From Octopus sinensis (Eukaryota): DNA of 18,570 nt. Positions 1 through 9,620 of this stretch are shown here, in pieces (positions within the stretch are counted from its first letter, which is position 1; each line of letters begins with the position of its first letter). The position numbers and the translations under genes are program-made. The notes beneath the pieces are model-generated. The model ran no database searches. It had not been told where the DNA came from and saw only the letters and a program-made list of their open reading frames with translations. The stretch is taken from the NCBI RefSeq assembly GCF_006345805.1, contig NW_021824471.1, forward strand, positions 1 to 18,570, in the 5' to 3' direction.

Positions 1-960
1 CAAGATATCAGCTTTCCTCAGGAGTTGTATGTCTGGATTGAATTTTTACGGTCCAACCAACATTCAGAATGTGTCTCAGACATTTCTGATGAAAACGTTC
101 ATGATGTTTGTAAAGAGTTCATGTCTCATATGTGTCACGGAGCGATGTCAGTACACATGCACAGTGCACAGCAATTTTTGTTTCCCTTTTGATGCTATGC
201 TGGGACCAGACACGAGACTGAAGAGAACAGAATGAAACAGTTCATCTCTGCAGCCTGAAAGATATTTCATCGTCCAGGGAGTAAGGACGACTGCGTGTGC
301 TGCCCAGGTAAGCAAACTTGTCTATCAGTTTCAGTATTATTCCTTCAACCAAGATAGTTGGTTCCACATATGAATTTCCTGGTGCAGGCTAGAACATTAC
401 AACAGTCTTGTCCAGGCTAATACTCAGTCCAAATGCCTTGCAAGAGACAGAAATATGATTCATAAGTATTTGCATGTCATCCACTGTATGAGTGACTAAG
501 TCATAGTCATCTGCATAAAGAAGGTCAGGAATAAGAGACTGGAAAACGTTTGATTTGGCAGAAAATTGGCGCAGATTAAAGAGACGGCCAGAAGAGCAAT
601 ACGTAACATATATTCCCAGAGAGCTAAATTTAGCAAAAGAATGAGTAAAAGCAGCAGCAAAGTACGAAGGAAAGAGAGTTGGAGTAAGGATGCCACCCTG
701 CTTGACACCATTCTCTACAGGAATGGCTACCGCTATACCTCCACCAACATTGACCCAAGCCTCCATCCCATCATGAAATGATTTAATCATAGATAGAGTG
801 ATCCAGACATCTAAGTTGGCCAACTATTTTCCATAGCAAGGCCCTATTCACAGTTTCAAAGGCCTTGGTTAAATCAATGATAAACCTCGACAAGATCCAT
901 ATTTTACTCATAACACTTCTACATGTCTTGCTGTAAAATCTTATCCATTGTCCCTCTACC
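1..960 (-). mobile_element. Decayed RTE-clade (BovB-like) non-LTR retrotransposon, reverse transcriptase and downstream region
   Basis: Minus-strand translation gives GRGTMDK, IDLTKAFETVNR (after a frameshift near 880), GVKQGGILTPTLF, LLYADD, FGLSISLDKTVVMF, then DKFAYLGST, ERFHQKCLRHIL. These are RTE-type RT and C-terminal motifs. Several in-frame stops; runs off the window start and ends at a microsatellite near 961. Confidence 0.9.
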
Positions 961-974
961 ATTATATATCATAG

Positions 975-992
975 CTACATACACACACACTA

Positions 993-1033
<41 letters not shown>

Positions 1034-1094
1034 CAACATATCACATACATATCACATATATATCTATATTAATATATATATATATATATATTAT

Positions 1095-1129
<35 letters not shown>

Positions 1130-1152
1130 TAAGAATAATAATAATAATAATA

Positions 1153-1188
<36 letters not shown>

Positions 1189-1212
1189 TTAATAATAATA
1201 ATAATAATAATG

Positions 1213-1245
<33 letters not shown>
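975..1245. repeat. Compound microsatellite (CA)n-(TA)n-(AAT)n
   Basis: Direct reading; (AAT)n from about 1098 to 1245. Confidence 0.95.
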
Positions 1246-1310
1246 TGGGAATATATCCAAACTTACAGGAAAAATTAGATTTAGGATTAAATCAAATTTC
1301 ACAGCATAAA

Positions 1311-1400
1311 TATAAATTAAATTAGATATAAAACGACTATTAGGCAAATCAAACGGTGAAATACATAAACAAAACATAAAAATAAATATAATTAATATAA
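1311..1400 (-). repeat. Left arm of inverted repeat (pairs with 2506-2599)
   Basis: Reverse complement TTATATTAATTATATTTATTTTTATGTTTTGTTTATGTATTTCACCGTTTGATTTGCCTAATAGTCGTTTTATATCTAATTTAATTTATA aligns to 2506-2599 with a few mismatches and one 4-nt indel. Confidence 0.9.
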
Positions 1401-1599
1401 AATACAAAATAAATAGAATATAAAATTTAAATTTTAAATTATTTAAATTTTAAATTTTAAATTTGTATTTATAAAGTTTTATATTTTTTTAAATTTTAAA
1501 TTTATAAATTTTTAAACTTTTAATTTTCTAATTTTTTAATTTTTTAATTAGTTGATTTTTTTATATATACTATCAAAAAGTATTAAAAAGTTTAATATT

Positions 1600-2500
1600 A
1601 TATAAGAAGTTACAACCACTATGTACGTTTCATGGCCATAATTCAATTCGAATTACAATTAATTTAAATTCAATTAAAAATTCGAATTATAATTATAGTC
1701 AATCTTCAGGTTAATGATAATATTTAAATAAATAACAAATAGATTTAAACAATATATTTAAGAAATAAATAAAATAATAATTTTTCTTATAAAAAACTCT
1801 ATTATCAAATTAGAAACTTAAACCATTAGGATTGTCATACAACCCAATTATTATGTTAAATATTAATTTTTAAGGTAAAAAAAATAGATAGAAAAATGTA
1901 TTTATCTATTAAGATATAATATGGCTTTAAAAAACATAATAAACTCACGAATATCCTAAACTCATTTATAGTCAATATCTAATTAACAAATTATTTAACA
2001 AAATAATCACTATTCATATTTTTAAATTTAAGTTCAAATCTAATAATTATAAAATATTTAAGAATAATAACTAAATTATTATCAATAAATATAATAATTA
2101 AGATCTAAAATTTACTCTATCAATAATATATAGACATATAATGAAAACTAAATAAATTAATTAGTCCATTATTACTTACGTAAATATTAAATATTAATGT
2201 AATATATTTATGAAATATATAAAAAAGATTAAAGATGAAAAAGCAAATTATAAACGTATAACCTATCTTAAAAGAACCGTATAACTATTTAACGTTCTAT
2301 ATATCTCGTTGGCTAAATAATAACTTACAAATAACATATAGTTATAGTCTAATAATGAAATACATATATTCAACAACTAAATAATTATACAATCAAATTA
2401 ACAATCAGTATAACAATCAGTATAACAATATAGTATCCAATATAATACAATATAACATAAATTATTAAAATAACTTTAATAAAAAGGTTTACTTGGCTTT
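1600..2500 (+). pseudogene. Heavily decayed PLE ORF C-terminus (post-RT linker and GIY-YIG endonuclease)
   Basis: Collinear residual motifs: YNPIIMLNINF*GKK (1838-1882, cf. WFNPPxSxNVKTNIGKK), KHNKLTNILNSFIVNI (1932-1979, cf. HKLHKIFNRNTVKVSY), SIIYRHIMKTK...TYVNI (2120-2187, cf. VVY...YIG), KDEK...YLKR, ISLAK (cf. WSILAK). Compared with a PLE consensus recalled from memory; many stops and frameshifts. Confidence 0.55.
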
Positions 2501-2505
2501 CAAAA

Positions 2506-2599
2506 TTATATTAATTATATATATTTTTATGTTTTGATTAATTATGTATTTCACTATTTGATTTGCCTGATAGTGGTTTTATCTCTAATTTAATTTTTA
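2506..2599 (+). repeat. Right arm of inverted repeat (pairs with 1311-1400)
   Basis: TTATATTAATTATATATATTTTTATGTTTTGATTAATTATGTATTTCACTATTTGATTTGCCTGATAGTGGTTTTATCTCTAATTTAATTTTTA; truncated by a (TA)n/(TATG)n tract at about 2600. Confidence 0.9.
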
Positions 2600-2960
2600 T
2601 ATATATATATATATGTATGTATGATTGAATGTATATAAATATATATATATCATATGTGTAAGTATATAAATATATATATGTATGTATATGTATGTATGTA
2701 TGTACGTATATATGTATGGATGCATTTACGTATATGTATATTATTTTGGTTGAGTTACTCTCTCGCTGATCAGACATTCACCTGTAGATACATAAATCTT
2801 CAGCCAAGCTGCGACAGGTTTTACCTGAATATCTTGTACACCTACAGGTGAAACTTATGCTAGCAATAAAATGAAATATCATTCATCTCTATCACGATAA
2901 CGAGTACTACGTATTCTAAAGGTTAAAACCTAACAAATACATACATACATATATAGTATA

Positions 2961-3024
<64 letters not shown>

Positions 3025-3063
3025 GCATACACACACACACACACAAATATATATATATATACA

Positions 3064-3139
<76 letters not shown>

Positions 3140-3156
3140 TATTTATATATATATAC

Positions 3157-3195
<39 letters not shown>
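2600..3195. repeat. (TA)n/(TATG)n/(CA)n tracts flanking a unique island at about 2738-2935
   Basis: Direct reading. Confidence 0.9.
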
Positions 3196-3196
<1 letters not shown>

Positions 3197-3200
3197 ATTT

Positions 3201-3445
3201 GAGGGAATATTATTCCAAACTTACAGGGAGAAATTCAATTTAGAAATACTAAATCAAATTTCACAATATATTTCAAAATATAAATATATATATAATTAGA
3301 AAAAAAACACCTTTTGTCAATTCAAAATGAAAAATTAAATTACACCCGCTAGAAAATTACATATAATAAAAAATATTAGATATAAGATAAAAAATATATC
3401 GATGATTAAGTAATGTGCAAAGTAATAAATAAAACGTATATATTG
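3201..3445. repeat. Dispersed repeat related to 1247-1310 (probable PLE terminal-repeat family)
   Basis: GGGAATATTATTCCAAACTTACAGGGAGAAATTCAATTTAG...AAATCAAATTTCACA matches GGGAATATATCCAAACTTACAGGAAAAATTAGATTTAG...AAATCAAATTTCACA at 1247-1302. Both begin right after an AT-rich microsatellite. Confidence 0.6.
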
Positions 3446-3486
3446 GTATATATTGGTATATATATGGTATATATGGTATATATTGG

Positions 3487-3536
<50 letters not shown>

Positions 3537-3574
3537 TCATCAGTACGACAATTGTCCGATCTAGACTCCAGTAA

Positions 3575-3652
3575 CCAAAGCCTTTGTTGGCCTGAGGCTA
3601 TAGTGGATGATGTTAGTTCGAGGTGCCGCGCTGTGAGGTGCCGAACCCAAGA
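3575..3652 (-). mobile_element. Decayed fragment of SINE family A (5' half)
   Basis: Resembles 11615-11690 (AAGGCTTTGGTCGG..CTATAGTAGAAGACAC..GTGCC..GAACCCAGAAC). Confidence 0.5.
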
Positions 3653-3749
3653 CACACACACGTACATGTGTGTTTGTATACGCTCTTGGTGATGCAAACA
3701 GGAAAAATAGAACTCAAAATATGAGTGCATATGCGTGCAAAATATGAAT

Positions 3750-4022
3750 GTGCAAGGCTCGGTGGTTAGAGCGTCGGGCTCACAATCCCGAGGTAGTGAG
3801 TTTGATTCACGGACCGGGATGGGTGTTGTGTTCTTCAACAAGACACTTTATTTCACGTTGCTCCAGTTCACTCAGCTGTAGAAATGAGTTGCAACATCAC
3901 TTCTACCAAACTGTATTCGCCTTTGCATTTCCCTAAGATAGCATTGATGTCATGGAAAGGTGAGGCTGGTATGCAAGTGACTGCTGGTCTATCATTCATG
4001 ACCGAAGGGGGTCTTTACCGTT
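3750..4022 (+). mobile_element. tRNA-derived SINE, family B
   Basis: tRNA-like head GGTGGTTAGAGC with B-box-like GAGTTTGATTC (3798-3808), followed by TGTTGTGTTCTT..CAAGACACTT..TTTCACGTTGCTCCAGTTCACTCAGCTG. The latter is shared with the inverted copy at 17876-18120. Confidence 0.8.
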
Positions 4023-4152
4023 TTATATATTTCTATTAATATTTATCGTGTTAGTTTCATACGTGACAATGTACGAAACTCTCAGCCCTAGAGTCACTCA
4101 GCTCCGTTGCTTCTGCTATATATATAAATAAAATACTATATACATATGTATA

Positions 4153-4165
4153 TAGTAGCAGTAGC

Positions 4166-4230
<65 letters not shown>

Positions 4231-4327
4231 CAGCAGCAGCAACATAGGCAGGTGAAGTATCAGCAGAAGCAGAAGCAGCAGTAGTAGCAGCAGTAGCAAC
4301 AGCAGCAGCAGCAGCGTAAAACAGCCC

Positions 4328-4415
<88 letters not shown>
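4153..4415. repeat. Compound (TAG)n/(CAG)n trinucleotide microsatellite
   Basis: Direct reading; source of the poly-L, poly-T/A and poly-C ORFs. Confidence 0.95.
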
Positions 4416-4659
4416 ACCGCTGGAAACCCAACAAAGCCAAACAGATTTCAATGTTTACTGGTGAATAATTCCTCTCATCTGAATTTAAATATATTCTGTA
4501 GAAATGAAGAAATGCCTTCTAGATATTATATGACTTCCTAAAAACTGTCGGTTTAGTGATAGGTTGGGATGTTGGCTAGACGGCCACGTACAACATCACA
4601 CGCATTAAGCAAGTGAGAAAATATGCATAAAAGCGTAGAAACAAATACACGCAATATTT

Positions 4660-4715
4660 GCACACACACACACACACAGGACTTATATACATACATACAT
4701 ACATACATACATACA

Positions 4716-4751
<36 letters not shown>

Positions 4752-4822
4752 TATTATATTAAATATATATATGGGTGTGTGTGTGTGTAATATACATATG
4801 TATGTACGTATCTATATATGTA
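4660..4822. repeat. (CA)n, (TACA)n, (TA)n, (TG)n microsatellites
   Basis: Direct reading. Confidence 0.95.
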
Positions 4823-4842
4823 TAAGGTTGTTATGGTCAGAG

Positions 4843-4900
4843 AGTCACTATATGTTTCGCACCTACAAAGCGCGTAGCTGTATAGACATCTCGTCAGACT
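4843..4900 (-). ncRNA. Degenerate type I hammerhead ribozyme motif (PLE-type), probably inactive
   Basis: Minus strand reads AGT CTGACGA [G-A-T-GTCTATACAG ctacgcg CTTTGTAGGT-G-C] GAAA CATATAG T G ACT. CUGANGA and GAAA are intact, stem II is G-U rich, stem I is 3 bp, and the cleavage position is G (disallowed). Confidence 0.55.
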
Positions 4901-5244
4901 TAGTTCGCTGGAAGAGCATAATCTCTCGACAACCAGAGGGTAGGAGAATACATCCATGGGCAGTTAATTTTGTAAACAGATTCCGGGGCGAAACTCTACT
5001 AGCAAAACCTTGTGCGAGATGGAGTTATCCTCCGAAGATGGTTGAAAATGGCCGCATTTCCCTCGTCGACAAACAGGGAATTTCATGTTTCTAACACGAA
5101 TTTCCTCTGATGAAAGCACTGACAAAAATCTCTGATTTGGAGTTTAATAAGGTACTCCAGTCAAGTGAATGTTTCAGGATTCTTGCTCTTTCTGCCAAAC
5201 GTTTGCTCCCTTTGAGGCGCGGTCCCCAAAACGATCAAAGGTTT

Positions 5245-5445
5245 TTCCTGAGCCATAGGCTCATAAGGCTGGTTTCCCAGATTCTGTACCATACACATTA
5301 TCCCACCTGAATGGGACACCGGTTCATCGCAGGATTATCATTTTCGCCAGCAACAAGATTGTTTTGATAAAGAACACAACACATCACTCGGTCAAGGAAA
5401 TGAAATCACGATCACACAATCATCAGTGCAACACCCAGCACTCCA
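5245..5445 (-). mobile_element. tRNA-derived SINE, family B (diverged, internal deletion)
   Basis: Aligns to 17895-18110 (AGGCTCAT..GGTTTCCC..ATCGCAG..TCATTTT.GCCAGC and AAGAACACAAC...CGGTC.AGGAA). Confidence 0.75.
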
Positions 5446-5819
5446 CACTTACATGCACGTACACACACATACACATATACATACACATGAACATATATAT
5501 TATTAATATAAACATACATACATACATACATACATATATACAGGCATGCATGCATACATTCACACCTACGCAGAGAAGCAGACGTACAACTGGACAGTTC
5601 ATTTTTTCCTCTGCTAATGTATATAAGGGATTATCGCTGCCAAATTATATTCCTGCCATTCTAAATCCAATAATACCATTTTTATCAGCCATCCAATCAC
5701 GGAGAAATCCCTTGTCCTTTTAATAATACTGTATACTCTCATATCAGTGTTTGTATTAGAATTTGTGTATGAGTGTCAGAGACATAGACAGACAGAATAC
5801 TGGAAGGTTGAAAGAAAGA

Positions 5820-5890
5820 TACATGTATATATATATATATATATTATCTATATATATATATATATATATACAATATATATATATTATATA

Positions 5891-5923
<33 letters not shown>

Positions 5924-6008
5924 TCATATATATATATATAAACATATATATATAAAATATATATATATACATACATATAACTAAATATATGTATATATAG
6001 AGATAGAG

Positions 6009-6082
<74 letters not shown>

Positions 6083-6165
6083 TATATAGATAGATAGATC
6101 GATAGATAGATAGATAGATATATGTATGTATATGCATATGTCTACTTATATGTGTGTATATATAT
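5820..6165. repeat. (TA)n and (GATA)n microsatellites
   Basis: Direct reading. Confidence 0.95.
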
Positions 6166-6249
6166 TCTGTAATTCTTTTATTTTATTCTTTAAAATTGTT
6201 CCAGCTTCAATTCTGCGGTCATGCTGGGGCACCACCGTTGTCTGTGCTA

Positions 6250-6508
6250 CACAGTTATTTGAAACCACCTCTGACAGAAGGCAATTTGTGAATGAGGGAG
6301 TTTGATACTGCTGCCCTCATCTATGCTTCCTGCCGCGAGGTAGGCTCATCTGGAACCTTTGGCAGGAAGAGATCCAGTTTTAGTTTCAATACACCTACAT
6401 CCACACCATGCAAGTCTCTCAGGAAGGTTACTGAACTGCTGTGGGCCCTTCACACCTAAGCTGTTGCAGTATCTGGTCTTGTATTTTGATGGCGATGCTG
6501 GGATCTTA
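6250..6508 (-). mobile_element. 3' end of an L2/CR1-group LINE ORF2, 5'-truncated at a (TATG)n tract
   Basis: Minus translation KIPASPSKYKTRYCNSLGVKGPQQFSNLPE, a frameshift near 6420, then RDLHGVDVGVLKLKLDLFLPKVPDEPTSRQEA*MRAAVSNSL. This resembles the GPRLFNxLP...FKxxLDxxL..VPD.P...RAAxSNSL C-terminus of CR1/L2-group elements. Confidence 0.75.
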
Positions 6509-6719
6509 TGTATGTATGTATGTATGTATGTATGTATGTATGTATGTATGTATGTATTATGTATGTATAGCAGCCCTCGTGTATCATCGACAGCGAGGTT
6601 AGAATCGAAATGTGTGTGTGTGTGTATATATAAATATATACATATATGTATATGTATAGGTGTGAGTGTGTGGGTGGGTATGTGTGTGTGCATGTGTCTT
6701 TGTGTGTATTTGTTTATCT

Positions 6720-6900
6720 CCACTAACACTTGGCTGTCGAGATTCGTTTCTTTACGTCTCCGTAACTTAGTGGTTCAGAAAAAGAATCGATAGGATAGGT
6801 ACAAGTTTTTCAAAAAATGAACAAGTATTTGGATCGATTTTTTTTCGATTAAACCCTTAAAGACGGAGTATTAGTATGGATGCAGTCCATACTAATGAAG
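6720..6900 (+). mobile_element. Decayed 3' half of SINE family A
   Basis: TTTACGTCTCCGTAACTTAGTGGTTCAGAAAAAGAATCGATAGGATAGGTAC aligns to 17190-17250 (TTTATGTCCCCGTTACTTAGCAGTTCGGCAAAAGAGACCGATAGAATAAGTAC). Confidence 0.75.
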
Positions 6901-6904
6901 AGAG

Positions 6905-7445
<541 letters not shown>

Positions 7446-7646
7446 CGGTATGGTCAGTTAGCATTAGTATAATTTAGATAATTAAAATCGTTCCAATTTA
7501 GAACTTCCTAATTAATACTTATCTAAGTTATCTAATTAGTGGCTAAATAACTTCAGTTCCTAATAATATGCAGACTTCATTTACATTTGGTACATTGTCA
7601 GTGACATACTGATTCTTCCCTTCTCTCCCTCGCACATACACACACT

Positions 7647-7647
<1 letters not shown>

Positions 7648-7688
<41 letters not shown>
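7648..7688. repeat. (CT)n microsatellite
   Basis: Direct reading. Confidence 0.95.
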
Positions 7689-7690
<2 letters not shown>

Positions 7691-7767
7691 TGTCTATCTA
7701 TCTCTCCTTCTTGTTCTTTCTTTACTCTCCTCCTGCATACATACACAAATGCGCACACACATATACG

Positions 7768-7807
<40 letters not shown>

Positions 7808-7840
7808 TATATATATATATAATATAATATAATATATACC

Positions 7841-7963
7841 GGAGTAAACACATAAATGTGAAACAAGGTGGAAAAAAGAGTACTCAAATGCCAGTGGTAG
7901 AGTAATATGCTTTATTTAAAGCAGCAGAAAATTCAACAAACCTGTTACTCTGAGTTTCCCGTT
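7841..7963 (-). mobile_element. Short PLE-terminal-repeat-like fragment between (TA)n tracts, carrying the 3' half of a hammerhead motif
   Basis: Minus strand reads (TA)n AACGG GAAA CTCAGAG TA ACAG ... AATAAA GCAT. This gives GAAA, a short stem III and a UA site, then an AATAAA; the CUGANGA half is absent. Confidence 0.5.
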
Positions 7964-7982
7964 ATATATATATATGTTTATT

Positions 7983-8031
<49 letters not shown>

Positions 8032-8776
8032 ATTATATTATATATATATATTATATATATATATATATTATATGTATATATAATATAATATATATATAAG
8101 AAGCAAAAGAAATGTAAAAGTCATAGTTTAGAAAGTTAGTATAATAAAGTTTATGGTGATATTAGGATCATATTGCATCATTCCATCATTACAAATTAAA
8201 GAAAGTGCCGGTTTCACGATCAAACGATTGTAAACTTATATAAAGAAAACTTTTTTTGCTGTCAATAGGACGCCATCTTTGAAAAATGTGAACAGAGATG
8301 AAGCAATATGTCGAAGGGAGCAACTCTTACTTTTTCCTGAAGCTCTTCAGTGGCTTTGGCAAGCATACATTTACAGGAGTCATTTCCTTTTATACACAGT
8401 TAATTGTATTACTCACTAGGTTTTAAAGATTATGCAGTAATGTGTGAATGGGTGTATGTGCTCTAACATCTCATTATCTCTCTTGTAAAATATATGTGTA
8501 TATATATTTATATATATATGCACACACACATATAAGTATGAACAGTAATTTATACCTAAAAATTGTGGTTGGCATACAATTATAACTTTCTTGTATATGT
8601 TAAAATTCCATAATTGAATAAAATAAATCAATCCAATAGAAAATGAACGACAAAGCAATTGCCAAGATATGAATACTTTCTTCATAAGAGTCATGTCGGA
8701 CCTCTCATGACTCGGGTTTGAATATGAGTTGGTGTCCAGGATCAAGTAATTGAGCGACAATCTTTATATATATATA

Positions 8777-9290
8777 CTAGCAGTATCGCCTGGCGTTGCT
8801 CGGGTTTGTAAGGGAAATAACTATATAAGCATTTTTAGAGAGTTACTTCCCTTATAGATGCCAATTCGGGCTTTCTTAGCCATTTCTGTTTTGGTGTCTT
8901 CAAGCCATGAAGTCGTTGTTCTAAAAGAACGCTGGTCTCCTTGACAACGCTTTACGACGTTGATTTCCTTACACTCCCTTCCCCACAGCTTCACGAGGGA
9001 GGGAAGAAGGGGGAGAACCAAACAGGTGCAGGTGTGACCATGGACGCCAACTCCGCCGCCATCGACACACGAAAAATTATGCATTAAAATGGAATAAAAA
9101 ATGATGTTAAATTATTTTTAAAATCGTAGACTCATCGTAGACGCGCGGCTAATAGCCAGACGGGCTCGATATGAATCACGACTATAAGATACCCGAATTT
9201 GGTTAAACTGCACCGCAAAATGTGGGAGTAGTTAGGAATCTAAATCGAAGGGGACAGACACTCACACAACTACAGTTTTATATATATAGA
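8777..9290 (-). mobile_element. Non-autonomous Helitron (nested insert)
   Basis: Minus strand starts TCTATATATATAAAACTGTAG and ends CCCGAGCAACGCCAGGCGATACTGCTAG. Inserted between A and T with no target-site duplication. Confidence 0.85.
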
Positions 9291-9339
9291 TATAAAACTG
9301 AGAATGTGTGTGTGTCTGTCTGTCTATCTGTCTGTGTGT

Positions 9340-9620
9340 TTCCCTAAAACTTGAGAACTACTCAACCAATTTCATTCAAATTTTACACATGCCTTACTTA
9401 GGTGTCATCCGCAAAAAAGTTTTTAACTTTTTGCCTAGGGCGAGCCCACAGCAATATCATATCTTCTCCACTACGATTCCCTAAAACTTGAGAACTACAC
9501 AACCAATTTCATTCAAATTTTACACATGCCTCACTTAGGGTCCATGTAGTTTCATGGGCAAAAAAATGTTCAACTTCTTGCCTAGGGCGAGCCCATAGCA
9601 ATATCATATCTTCTCCACTA
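9340..9620 (+). repeat. Internal tandem duplication (9340-9476, 9477-9620) inside the Helitron
   Basis: Both copies run TTCCCTAAAACTTGAGAACTAC.CAACCAATTTCATTCAAATTTTACACATGCC ... TTGCCTAGGGCGAGCCCA.AGCAATATCATATCTTCTCCACTA. Confidence 0.95.

Larger units (their letters stand above)
1247..2600 (+). mobile_element. Degenerate Penelope-like element (PLE) remnant bounded by inverted repeats
   Basis: About 90-bp inverted repeat (1311-1400 vs 2506-2599) encloses a stop-riddled plus-strand reading with residual similarity to the PLE post-RT and GIY-YIG region. Confidence 0.6.

Noticed and set aside
86-250. CTGATGA (86) and CTGAAGA...GAAA (about 219-239) as hammerheads
   Set aside because: They lie antisense within the RTE coding remnant and stems II/III do not form. 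The same applies to CTGANGA words inside the Tc1 (about 11147), the Helitron (about 16457), the SINE head (about 5420), the PLE body (1704-1710) and at 8345-8351.
566-781. Basic 71-aa plus-strand ORF
   Set aside because: Antisense shadow of the RTE reverse transcriptase.
1400-2520. Mitochondrial insertion (NUMT) or control region
   Set aside because: The composition is mitochondrion-like, but I found no 12S/16S conserved words, tRNA cloverleaf or open frame under the invertebrate mitochondrial code (TAA stops persist). PLE-like motifs and inverted arms explain it better.
4054-4102. Hammerhead at GAAA-CTCT-cagccct-AGAG-TC
   Set aside because: Good stem III and UC, but no CUGANGA or stem I partner in any permutation on either strand.
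4057-4451. Poly-Thr/Ala/Leu protein
   Set aside because: Read-through of the (CTA)n/(CTG)n repeat; no splice or domain support.
4771-5310. 107-aa and 66-aa ORFs as transposon proteins
   Set aside because: No RT, endonuclease or transposase motif recognised; one starts in a microsatellite and the other runs into a SINE.
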